DNA of 64,000 nt. Source: Tepidisphaera sp. Lineage in GTDB: Bacteria > Planctomycetota > Phycisphaerae > Phycisphaerales > UBA1924. Position 1 is the first letter of the stretch, and each line of letters starts with the position of its first letter. The stretch lies in assembly GCA_050916045.1 (NCBI GenBank), contig CP051526.1:64001-128000 (forward strand). Direction: 5' to 3'. Position numbers and translations under genes: made by a program. Below the pieces are notes generated by a model. That model saw only the letters and a list, made by a program, of their open reading frames with translations. It was not told where the DNA came from and did no database searches. This document shows, in pieces, positions 29,021 through 37,854 of this stretch.

Positions 29021-29718
29021 GCGGGCCCATCGCCGTCTTCGGTCCGCCGAACGGTTCGGTGCGGGTTCTGATCGAGGGCGATCTTGCTGCTCCCCTTTCG
29101 ATAGACGTCGAGCGCGAGTGGTCGCGCCGCTGTGCGCTCAATCCGCAACTGCACGACGGCCCGGTGCTGCATGTCGATCGGTTCGACCCGGTGAGCGGGG
29201 TGATCGTCTGCAAGCGCACGAGCTACAAAGCGTTTGTCGCGGGTCATGTCGCGGGCTTGAAGGTTGAAAGTCTGGGCATCACCGGGCTTTGCGTGAGGCC
29301 GGGTCGCGCGGGCGAGGATGTGCTTCTGGGCCGGCGGAGCGACCGGGTCCGCATCTACGCGGGGATGTGGGAGAGTGCGCCGCGCGGCGCGGTGGAAGTG
29401 CCGCCGGAGGTTCGCGAGCTGGATGCGGCGCGGCTTGCTTCGTGTCTGGCGGTGGAAGCTCGCGAAGAGCTTGGCGCTTCGGTGCGGGTGACCGGGTGCG
29501 TCGGGTTCGTCCGCGACGCGGACGCGTCAAGCTTGGATGTCTGCTTGCGCTGCGAGCTGGACGGTGAGCTCACCGGCGGGAACTGGGAGTATCGCGATCG
29601 GGCGTGGCTCGGGTCTGGCGAGGTGGCGCGGTGGGCGCGTGGCGTTCCGCCCCAGCGGTTCATGGATCAGATGCTGAGTCCGCCGTGCGCGGCCTGGTTC
29701 GCCGTCGGGTCGGGCTGA
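29017..29718 (+). CDS. NUDIX-like hydrolase
   Basis: VLLGRRSDRVRIYAGMWESAPRG..EAREELG. Confidence 0.65.
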   Translation: MSGPIAVFGPPNGSVRVLIEGDLAAPLSIDVEREWSRRCALNPQLHDGPVLHVDRFDPVSGVIVCKRTSYKAFVAGHVAGLKVESLGITGLCVRPGRAGEDVLLGRRSDRVRIYAGMWESAPRGAVEVPPEVRELDAARLASCLAVEAREELGASVRVTGCVGFVRDADASSLDVCLRCELDGELTGGNWEYRDRAWLGSGEVARWARGVPPQRFMDQMLSPPCAAWFAVGSG

Positions 29719-30348
29719 TCAGCGTGCGCGGGTGTACTCGACCTTGTACGCGAGGAACTCGGGCGTGGCTTTGGCGTCTTTGGTGCCGGCGAGGGGTTCG
29801 TACGCGACGAAGACCTCGATGGATTGCGTGAGGTGCGAGGTGAGGGCGAAGACGGTGCGCGTCTTGGCGAGCTTGCCGTCGATGAGGTGTTCACCCTTGA
29901 ACTCGAACATCTTGGAGGGGCCGTCGAACTTGCCGCGCTCGGGGATCATCGGGAACGCGGCGCTGGAGAGGCGCATGAGCTCGAACTTCTCCCCGTCCTT
30001 GCCGTCGGGGTTGAACCCGATGGTCGTTTCGAGAGCGAACGGAGTCGGCGCGTTCGAGACATCGAGCTGCTCCTGGATGAACCTGCCGCCGAGCGTGGAT
30101 CGGCGGACGGCGGCCCCCGTGACCTCCGTCGGCGCTGCGTCCGAGCCGGAATAGATCGTGAACTTCACCTCGTAGTTGCCCGTCAGCTCGGCGAGCAAGC
30201 GGTGTTCGCCGGGGAAACCCGGCGGCAGGGGCGGGGGCACGCCGAACTCGGGCTGGGCCTGCGGCCTGGCTGGTTGCGGGGCGGGCTGCGGCTGCGCGAG
30301 GACGAAGCCGGCGGCGGCGACGACGAGGATGGGGATGATCGGTTTCAT
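29719..30348 (-). CDS. Secreted DUF1579-like protein
   Basis: Signal peptide; PGEHRLLAELTGNY..LGGRFIQEQ. Confidence 0.7.
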   Translation of the reverse strand: MKPIIPILVVAAAGFVLAQPQPAPQPARPQAQPEFGVPPPLPPGFPGEHRLLAELTGNYEVKFTIYSGSDAAPTEVTGAAVRRSTLGGRFIQEQLDVSNAPTPFALETTIGFNPDGKDGEKFELMRLSSAAFPMIPERGKFDGPSKMFEFKGEHLIDGKLAKTRTVFALTSHLTQSIEVFVAYEPLAGTKDAKATPEFLAYKVEYTRAR

Positions 30349-30385
30349 GGGATCGCTCCGAGCCGGTTGAGGCGTGGTTGCGGGA

Positions 30386-30877
30386 TCAGTCCTTGAAGTT
30401 GACGAACTGGAGCGGGACTTCGAGGCCCGCGCCTTCGAGGAATCGCATAGCGGTCTGCAGATCGTCGCGCTGCTTGCCGGAGACGCGGACCTCTTCGCCC
30501 TGGATCGAAGCCTGGACCTTGAGCTTGCTCTCCTTGATCGCCTTGGTGATCTTCTTGGCGACCTCCTGCTCGAGGCCCTCGCGGAGCTTGATGTCGCGCT
30601 TCATCTTTCCGGCGGCTCCGACCTCGGGTTCCTGCCAGTCAAAGCTCTTGAGGCTGAGGCCGCGCTTGACGGCGGCGGACTCGAACATCTCCCGGATCGC
30701 TTCCTGCTTGGAGCGGTCTTCGGTGTAGATGTGCATCTTCTTGTCCTTCTGGACGTAGCTGATCTCGGCGGTGCACCCCCGGAAGTCGAACCGGTTGGTG
30801 ATCGCTTTTTTGGTGTTGTTGAGCGCGTTGTCGAGCTCCGCCCAGTTGATCCGTGAGACGACGTCGAACGATGGCAT
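30386..30877 (-). CDS. yajQ: YajQ-family nucleotide (c-di-GMP)-binding protein
   Basis: MPSFDVVS, NRFDFRG, KVQASIQGEEVRVSGKQRDDLQ, LQFVNFKD. Confidence 0.95.
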   Translation of the reverse strand: MPSFDVVSRINWAELDNALNNTKKAITNRFDFRGCTAEISYVQKDKKMHIYTEDRSKQEAIREMFESAAVKRGLSLKSFDWQEPEVGAAGKMKRDIKLREGLEQEVAKKITKAIKESKLKVQASIQGEEVRVSGKQRDDLQTAMRFLEGAGLEVPLQFVNFKD

Positions 30878-30926
30878 GCAACCTCCCGTGCCCAGACCCC
30901 GGGAGGATCATACCGCCGCGGGCCCG

Positions 30927-32825
30927 CTACGCGGCGGCGCGGAGGGAGTCCGTCAGCTCGCGGCACCACTTGGAGAGGTCGGCCGCGATGTCGTCCTTGG
31001 AGGAGAAGCGAGCGGCGCCGGCGGCCATGCACCGGGCCTTGATGTCTCCGTCGGGATCGCTCGTCATGACGTGCACGGGCGGAGCCCCGAGCACCCCCGC
31101 GAGGGCGGAGAGGACATCCAATGCACTGCGTCGTCCGAGGTGGTAGTCGCACAGGACGAGCTTGAACCGCTGCGGGGACTGGAGGAGCTTGACGGCTTCG
31201 TCCACGCGCTTGACCCAGGTGACGATCGTGCCCGTGGCTTTCTGCACGGCCGCGAGGACCAGTCGGGCGCTGAAGGGGTCATCCTCGATAAGCAGGATGC
31301 TCGACTCGACGCGGGGGGGTTCGAACGCGGGCGCGGAAGCGTTCTGAACGCAGCAGACGCGGTTGCGGCCGTCGTGCTTGGCTTTGTAGACCCCCTCGTC
31401 GGCGAGCTTGAGGAGGGCGGGGAGACCGGCGGGCTGCCCCGCCGCGAACGTCGTGGTGGCGTAGCCGAGCGAGATCGTGACCGGGGTGGAGTCGGGGCCG
31501 GCTTCGCTCTTGGGAATCCGGATCGACTCCCGTTCGACGCGGACGCGGAAGCGTTCGGCGAGGGAAGCGGCGGCGGCCGCATCCAAGCCCGGAGCCAGCA
31601 CGGCGAACTCCTCGCCGCCGTACCGGTAGACCCGCGCGGCTTCGGGAAGCTCGGCTGAGATCCGGGCGACGAGCTCGACGAGCACGGCGTCGCCGGCGGC
31701 GTGGCCGTAGGTGTCGTTGATGCTCTTGAACCGGTCGGCATCAACGAAGATGACGGAAAAGGGCGTCGCGGAGGCTCTGGCTTTGTCGAAGCTGACGACG
31801 CCGTCGGTGTCGAGAGCGGCGCGGTTGCACGCTCCGGTCAGCGCGTCGGTGCACGCTTTGAGAGCGAGCACCTGGTTCTGCCGTTCGAGCGTGCTGGTCT
31901 GCTGGATGGCGCAGAGCTGGGTTTCGAGGATCTGTTCGGACGCGACGGCCATGATCTCCTTGATGTCGGGGATCGATCCCACCTCGCGGTCGAACGCTTT
32001 CGCGAGCGAGTCGGCGCCCTCGGCGATCTTGGCCAGCATCGGAGCGAGGTCGTCGGGCTTGCATTCGAAGAAGTCCGCGACGGTGATCAGCGACCGGAGT
32101 TCGTTCTCTCCGGTATCGCCGCCGAGGGTTTCGGCGATGACCATCCCGATCCAGACGGCGCGGGCCAGCGGCTTCACCGAGCTGTCGGCCGTCGTCTGGT
32201 CGTGGTGGTGCTCGATCGCGCGGGCGAGGTGCTCGGGCAGTCGCCACTTGCGGGCGAGAGCCGCCCCGACCATGGCGTGGTCGAACCCGAGCGTCCCGCG
32301 CTCGCGTGCGGGGAGGTGTTCGTGGGAGAGTTTGAAGTCTCCGAGCACGGCCGCGTACTGCTCGGGGAGCGAAACGATGCACGCCATCATCCCGATGTCC
32401 TGGAGCATCGCGGCGGTGAAAGCCTCGTCCGGATCGCACGTGCCGGTCGTGGATGCGACGTGTCGGGAAGCGGCGGCGGCGTACACGGCGCGGCGCCAGT
32501 GTCTCGTCAGATCAAGACCCATGTCGCCCGGAACGCCCTTGGTCCCTTCCACCAGCGTGAAGCCCAGGACCAGAGCTTTGATCGTGTTGAGGCCGAGCAT
32601 CGCCAGCGCGCGATCGATCTTCGAGCACGGCGCGGGCAATCCGAAGAAGCTCGAGTTCACCGTCCGCAGGACCTTCGCGGAGAGCGATGGGTCGGCCTGG
32701 ACCAGCTTGGCGAGCTTGGCGACCGTGACGTTGGGATCCCGCGTCAGTTCGAGAACCTGCACCGCGACCGCGGGCAGTGTGGGCAGGTTGGGGCATGACA
32801 CAACACGATCGATGGACAGGGCCAT
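30927..32825 (-). CDS. HDOD-GGDEF-REC diguanylate cyclase
   Basis: LPTLPAVA..DPSLSAKVLRTVNSSFFG (HDOD); DALTG, DRFKSINDTYGH, RYGGEEF; C-terminal IEDD..LCDYHL. Confidence 0.92.
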   Translation of the reverse strand: MALSIDRVVSCPNLPTLPAVAVQVLELTRDPNVTVAKLAKLVQADPSLSAKVLRTVNSSFFGLPAPCSKIDRALAMLGLNTIKALVLGFTLVEGTKGVPGDMGLDLTRHWRRAVYAAAASRHVASTTGTCDPDEAFTAAMLQDIGMMACIVSLPEQYAAVLGDFKLSHEHLPARERGTLGFDHAMVGAALARKWRLPEHLARAIEHHHDQTTADSSVKPLARAVWIGMVIAETLGGDTGENELRSLITVADFFECKPDDLAPMLAKIAEGADSLAKAFDREVGSIPDIKEIMAVASEQILETQLCAIQQTSTLERQNQVLALKACTDALTGACNRAALDTDGVVSFDKARASATPFSVIFVDADRFKSINDTYGHAAGDAVLVELVARISAELPEAARVYRYGGEEFAVLAPGLDAAAAASLAERFRVRVERESIRIPKSEAGPDSTPVTISLGYATTTFAAGQPAGLPALLKLADEGVYKAKHDGRNRVCCVQNASAPAFEPPRVESSILLIEDDPFSARLVLAAVQKATGTIVTWVKRVDEAVKLLQSPQRFKLVLCDYHLGRRSALDVLSALAGVLGAPPVHVMTSDPDGDIKARCMAAGAARFSSKDDIAADLSKWCRELTDSLRAAA

Positions 32826-33000
32826 TCGAACCTTTCTCTCGCATCCCCGGATGGATGTTCTTCTCACTCCCGGAAGCCCGCGGCCTCCGTGCCCGATAGA
32901 TCGTCAGCCGCTCCGTCTCACTTCAGGATTCATGGGGTGGATTCCCCATATCCCGGCATTCCTTGGGGTTGCGGTGTGGCGGAGAAGCGACAGGCCAATA

Positions 33001-33028
33001 ACAAGGACCCCGTCGCCGGGGTCCTTGT
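33001..33028 (-). terminator. Hairpin terminator downstream of the lipoprotein gene
   Basis: ACAAGGACCCCG-tcgc-CGGGGTCCTTGT perfect 12-bp stem; minus-strand tail TTGTTATT. Confidence 0.7.
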
Positions 33029-33052
33029 CGATGCTCGAAAGATGCGTGACGC

Positions 33053-33514
33053 TTACTTCACGGCTTCGGCGAGCTTGCCCGCCGCGTCGGTGAACGCCTT
33101 GAGCGACGCTTCGGCCGCGGTCTTGGCGCTCTCCCAGGTGGAGGAGGTCTTGAAAGCGTCGAACTTGGCCGCGAGGTCCTCATAAGCCTTCTTGGCGCCC
33201 TCGACCAGCGGGGTGGCCGCGGTCTTCTTGGCGATGTCGGTCAAGCCCTCGGCTTTCTTGGTGAGCTCGTCGAGCTGGGCTTTCGCCGCGTCGACCTGCG
33301 GTTTCATCGCTTCGACCGCTTTGTCGCGGAGAGCGGCGGCGCCGTCGGCGACCTTTTCCTTCACGGCGTCGGCGGCGCCCTTGGTGGCGTCACCCACGGA
33401 CTTGCCGGCGTCCTTGACGGCGTCGGCAGCGCCCTTCGCCGGAGCCTTCTTCTCCTCGCAGCCCGCCACCATCGCCAGACCCGCCACCAGAACGATCCCC
33501 ATGAACTTGTTCAT
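33053..33514 (-). CDS. Ala/Lys-rich helical lipoprotein
   Basis: Lipobox MVAG-C; repeated KGAADAVK. Confidence 0.8.
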   Translation of the reverse strand: MNKFMGIVLVAGLAMVAGCEEKKAPAKGAADAVKDAGKSVGDATKGAADAVKEKVADGAAALRDKAVEAMKPQVDAAKAQLDELTKKAEGLTDIAKKTAATPLVEGAKKAYEDLAAKFDAFKTSSTWESAKTAAEASLKAFTDAAGKLAEAVK

Positions 33515-33639
33515 CGCGATTCCTTTTCACTTCGACGCTCCCGGGTCTCAAAGGACCGCAACTGGGGCATCGCCGCAGGATTCTAGGAGTTTCCGGGCCT
33601 GTGATTTCAGTTTGATAGGAATGTGTAAGGTAAAGACCG

Positions 33640-35610
33640 TCATTCGTTCGGACGGGGCTCGGCTTCGGCGACGATGCCTTCCTGGAAAGCTTGCACGAGG
33701 ACTTCGAGGTCCGCGATGGTCCGTTGGATGCGGTGTCCCGCCGAAGACCGGCCGACGGTCATGGGCTGCTTGTAGCTTCGGATGGGTGTCACCTCGGGCA
33801 CCATGTCCGCACCGGCGGAGATGACGTGGTGGACGCCCCGGAAAGCTGAGTGCTCAGCCAGGTCGATGCCGTCGGGATGGAGGACCAGGGTGTACCCGCG
33901 GTCTCCGTAAGCTTCGGAGAATGCGCCGTCGATCGTGATGGCGTTGCCGCCCTTCTTCAGCGGCTGTTCGCCCTTCTCGATCTTGACGGGGACGTGACCG
34001 TTGACAATGAGCACGTCCTCTCCCACGCCGAAGAGCGCTCCGATGCGTTTGACGAAGTCGGCGTCATGAAGGAGGTCGAAGTACGGATTCTTGTGCTCCT
34101 TGTGCGTGGCTTTGTCGGCCACGAAGGCGGATTCGAAGGTCGTGATCTTGTCCTTGCCGAAAAGCGGCGAGAGGGGCCCGCCCCACATGTACCAGACCCA
34201 GTCCGCGTCCGAGTCGAGGGCGAGCCAGCGCTTCCGCATCGCGCGGCGGACGATGGATCCCAGCGCATCCATCAGTTCGCGGCCGGAAAGGTCGCGACCC
34301 TCGACGCGCAGCGATGCCGGGTTGCCCGCCGCGTCTACGGGGACGCACGCGTGGAACAGGAGCACCTCGTCGCGGGTGGTCCACATCCCGCCGCGGCGGA
34401 CCATCCACTGCATGTGCTGACGGAGCTTCATGGACCGCGTGAAGGACTCCCGCATGCGGTCGACGCAGGCCTGCTCGTCGGGCGAGTAGGCGTACGGGTC
34501 CGCCGGATCGATCGTGGGAAGGTGCTCATCGAGCATCGGATGGACGACGCCGTCGATCTCGACGGAGACGGCGCGTCCGTTCTCGAACTTGATCCTGTGG
34601 AGCAGCCGGCGGTGGTCGAGGTTCCACTCGGGGTGCCGCTGGATCATGCGGCCCTCGGCTTTGAACTGCATGATCGCGACGGCTTTCTGCATCCTGGCGA
34701 CGGTGAGGGTGTCGCGGAATCCTTCGCCCTTGGGGAGGAACTTCTCGGCGGGATCGTTGGCGTAGACGTCGCGGACGAGCTTCTCGATGGGCGCCATGAT
34801 GACGCCGTATCCCTCCTCAAGCTGCGAGAGCTTGCGGTATCGCAGGGAGAATCGGAGCATGGTGAGCATCGTTGGTTCGTGGCCGAGGTGGGCGCCGATC
34901 CAGAGCATGTCGTGGTTGCCCCAGATGACGTTGCACTTGGGCTGCCGCATCAAGGTGTCGATGACGCGGTCCATGCGCGGGCCGCGATCGCCCAGGTCGC
35001 CGATGACCAGAAGCTCTTCGCAGGAGAGATTGCGGATCAGCCTTGCCGCAGCGCGGACCGCGCCCCAGTCGCGGTCGTATCGGGCGAGTTCGGCCAGCAT
35101 CTCCTTGATGTAGTCGGGCCGTTCGGCGGTGCCGAGCTCGATGAAGAGCTCTCGGTAGGCGGTCGGGAGAAGCTTCTCGAAATGCTCGCGGCGGTACCGG
35201 CGCCGCAGGACGCGCATGATCTCGAATTGCATCGTGAGCGTGCGGAAGACCCACTCCGGACGCCGGCCGGAAGCGACGATCCGCTGGCTGAAAGCGTTGA
35301 TCGCTTCGCGCGGGTAGTACAGGACCGCGAGGAACTCGGCTTTCTCGGGCTCGGCGAGGCGGTCACCAAGGATCGAGTCGGCGAGGTGTCGAAGGGCGCC
35401 GGAGGCGTTGTTGATCACGTGGCGGAGCTTGGCGTCTTCGCCGTGCACGTCCGAGATGACGTGAACGAGCCCGCGAGGGAGCGCGAGGGTGGCGCGGAGC
35501 GCGGCCGCTTCGGAGATCGCGGCTTCGGCGGTGGGAAATCGCCCCGCGAGGGCGCGGAGGTGCGCGATGCGGTCGGCGGTGAAGGAAGCGTGGGGCTTGG
35601 CGGTGATCAT
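33640..35610 (-). CDS. fbp: Fructose-1,6-bisphosphatase class 3
   Basis: HVISDVHGE, INNASG, GDLGDRGP, WGNHD, SPLFGKDKITTFE, NGHVPVK, IDGAFSEAY. Confidence 0.92.
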   Translation of the reverse strand: MITAKPHASFTADRIAHLRALAGRFPTAEAAISEAAALRATLALPRGLVHVISDVHGEDAKLRHVINNASGALRHLADSILGDRLAEPEKAEFLAVLYYPREAINAFSQRIVASGRRPEWVFRTLTMQFEIMRVLRRRYRREHFEKLLPTAYRELFIELGTAERPDYIKEMLAELARYDRDWGAVRAAARLIRNLSCEELLVIGDLGDRGPRMDRVIDTLMRQPKCNVIWGNHDMLWIGAHLGHEPTMLTMLRFSLRYRKLSQLEEGYGVIMAPIEKLVRDVYANDPAEKFLPKGEGFRDTLTVARMQKAVAIMQFKAEGRMIQRHPEWNLDHRRLLHRIKFENGRAVSVEIDGVVHPMLDEHLPTIDPADPYAYSPDEQACVDRMRESFTRSMKLRQHMQWMVRRGGMWTTRDEVLLFHACVPVDAAGNPASLRVEGRDLSGRELMDALGSIVRRAMRKRWLALDSDADWVWYMWGGPLSPLFGKDKITTFESAFVADKATHKEHKNPYFDLLHDADFVKRIGALFGVGEDVLIVNGHVPVKIEKGEQPLKKGGNAITIDGAFSEAYGDRGYTLVLHPDGIDLAEHSAFRGVHHVISAGADMVPEVTPIRSYKQPMTVGRSSAGHRIQRTIADLEVLVQAFQEGIVAEAEPRPNE

Positions 35611-35666
35611 GGGTGGTCCCCTGGGTCGCGCGGGGGCGCGAGGACACGATGGTAGATGGGGAGGGG

Positions 35667-35705
35667 AAAAAAGAACCGACGGCGACCCAGGGGATCGCCG
35701 TCGGT
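35667..35705 (-). terminator. Intrinsic terminator
   Basis: Minus strand ACCGACGGCGATCC..GGGTCGCCGTCGGT followed by TCTTTTTT. Confidence 0.8.
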
Positions 35706-35735
35706 ACACCATCTGGAGTCAGACGTCAGAGCGGA

Positions 35736-36416
35736 TCAGCGGCGGCGGCGGGCCGCGGCGAGCACGCCCATGCCGAGCAGCGCCATCGTGCCCGGGGTGG
35801 GGATGATCTGATCCTGGACGCCGTTGGCCGACATCACGACGATGTCGTTGTTGCGTGGGCCGGTGCCGTCGATGGACGCGAGGTACGTTCCGGCGAGGGC
35901 GATGGCGGCGGCGTTGTCGTTGGTGAACTGTGCGGAGCCGGCGCTAAGGCTGAGCGAGCCGCTGGTCTCAAAGACGATCTCCCAGATGGAGAGTTGCATG
36001 GCGGCCGCGGCGTCGGCGGAAAGAACGGACCCGAAGGCGGGGCTGTAGTAGCGGCCGAAGAGCTCACGGACCTGGTCGGCCTTGGCGGCGCCCATCGGGC
36101 CGCTGCTGGGGGCGATTTCGAGCGAGACCACGTCGTAGCAGTAGTTGTTGCCGTTGCTGACGTGCTCGCTGAGCTCGGTGCAGAAGGACATGAAGTTGCC
36201 CTGTGCTCCGGAGTAGGTGCCGGAGGTGCGTGTCCAGTTGAAGAGCCCGGCGGAGCCGTAACCCTGCCAGTTGGCACCGCTGTTGAGCGAGTACTGGCCG
36301 CCCGAGCCGGGGCGGACGCCGTTGAAGGTGGCGCAGACCGTGTCAAAGCCGGCGTTCGCGCAGGAAGCGACGGCCGCGGCGCAGGCAGCGCCAAAAAGCG
36401 AAGTACGAATCATCAT
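35736..36416 (-). CDS. Secreted protein with PEP-CTERM-like sorting signal
   Basis: Signal peptide; SFCTEL and AAMQLSIWEIVFE motifs; ends IPTPGTMALLGMGVLAAARRRR. Confidence 0.88.
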   Translation of the reverse strand: MMIRTSLFGAACAAAVASCANAGFDTVCATFNGVRPGSGGQYSLNSGANWQGYGSAGLFNWTRTSGTYSGAQGNFMSFCTELSEHVSNGNNYCYDVVSLEIAPSSGPMGAAKADQVRELFGRYYSPAFGSVLSADAAAAMQLSIWEIVFETSGSLSLSAGSAQFTNDNAAAIALAGTYLASIDGTGPRNNDIVVMSANGVQDQIIPTPGTMALLGMGVLAAARRRR

Positions 36417-36681
36417 GTCTCCCTCTCCAACAAAGTGACCAGCCTCCCCATCGAAAGCCCACGGCGACGCGCCGAGGGCCCCCGGTGGGGCCGAGCCAGT
36501 CCAACCAATTCAGGAGGGTGTCTCTCTCTCGCGGAGTCCTCTCCCAGACACCCGTTCCGCGGAAAGAAACGGGCATCCACAAAGAGAATACCGAGCCGGC
36601 CGTCGATTTCAATGCCGAATGCGCAAGAAGCGCGCAAAAAATAGGGGGGGGTCGATTCTAGGACGACCGGTTATAGGACTG

Positions 36682-37647
36682 TCAGTCGCGGAGCCGGTCG
36701 TTGGCGATCATCGCCGCGCCGAAGATTCCCGCGGTGTCCTCCAGCTGGCTTGCGACGACTTTCACCTGTTTGCAGCGGTCGGGGAACGCGATGGCTTTGG
36801 TGGATTTCTCGACCATCTCGACGAAGGGCTTGCCCAGCGCTTCGGTGAGTCCGCCGCCGATGACGACGCGTTCGAGCGACAGGAGGGTGACGACCCCTCC
36901 GATCTCGATGCCGAGGAGTTCGGCCGCGAAGTCAACGACCTCGTGAACGACCTCATCGCCGAGCTCGTAGGCCTTGGCGACCATGCTGCTCTTGATCTTG
37001 TCGTAGTCGCCTTCGCAGAGCTCGGTGATCTTGCTTTTGCGGTTGGCTTTGACGAGCCGGACGATCTGGTCGACAACGGCGGTGCGGGAGCAGTTGTGTT
37101 CGAGGCTTCGGTGGCCGGGGGGGTTGCCGGGCAGGGCGATGGTGTGTCCGATTTCTCCGGCGGTCATGAAATGGCCGTAGTAGAGGCCGCCGTTGAGGAT
37201 GAGTCCGCCGCCGATGCCGGTGCCGACCCAGACGCCGAGCATATTGCGGGATTCCTTGCCCGCGCCGATCTTGTGCTCTCCCCAGACGGCGACGTTGACG
37301 TCGTTGTCGAGGAAGACGGGGACGCCGAGCCTCTTGGAGAGGACTTCGGCGAGGGGGTAGTTTTTCCAGCGAAGGTTGACGGCTTCGAGGACGATCCCGG
37401 AGTCGGGGTCGACCGCGCCTGGGGCGCCGATGCCGACGGCTCCGATGTCCTTGAGGGTGATCTTGGCGAGGGATGCGGCTTCCCCGACCCCTTCGACGAT
37501 GCGGTCGATGACGGCGGCGGCACCGTCGCCGGCTTTGGTCTTGCGTTTGGACTGGCCGATCAGCTTGAGGTCGTGGCTGACGACGCCGATCTGCATGTTG
37601 GTGCCGCCGAGATCGATTCCGACGGCGGGCTTGGTGCTTTTGGCCAT
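36682..37647 (-). CDS. ROK-family sugar kinase (glucokinase-like)
   Basis: GIDLGGT, GIGAPG, LDNDVN, GTGIGGG, AGEIGH. Confidence 0.92.
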   Translation of the reverse strand: MAKSTKPAVGIDLGGTNMQIGVVSHDLKLIGQSKRKTKAGDGAAAVIDRIVEGVGEAASLAKITLKDIGAVGIGAPGAVDPDSGIVLEAVNLRWKNYPLAEVLSKRLGVPVFLDNDVNVAVWGEHKIGAGKESRNMLGVWVGTGIGGGLILNGGLYYGHFMTAGEIGHTIALPGNPPGHRSLEHNCSRTAVVDQIVRLVKANRKSKITELCEGDYDKIKSSMVAKAYELGDEVVHEVVDFAAELLGIEIGGVVTLLSLERVVIGGGLTEALGKPFVEMVEKSTKAIAFPDRCKQVKVVASQLEDTAGIFGAAMIANDRLRD

Positions 37648-37854
37648 GGGCGGGGTCCTTCTGGTGGAGTGCGGACGGTAGGATCGGCCGAGAACCATCT
37701 TCAGGGCGAAATTGCCGATGGCGGGGCGGGAGGTGGCCGAATCCTCGGGTCGGCAGGTCCGGGAATCGCGGGTTCGCGGCAACCGGCGAAGAGATGACCG
37801 CGTACAGGCCTCGTACGCCGACAAACACGGTCTGTATCTGAAGGAGTCGCGACG

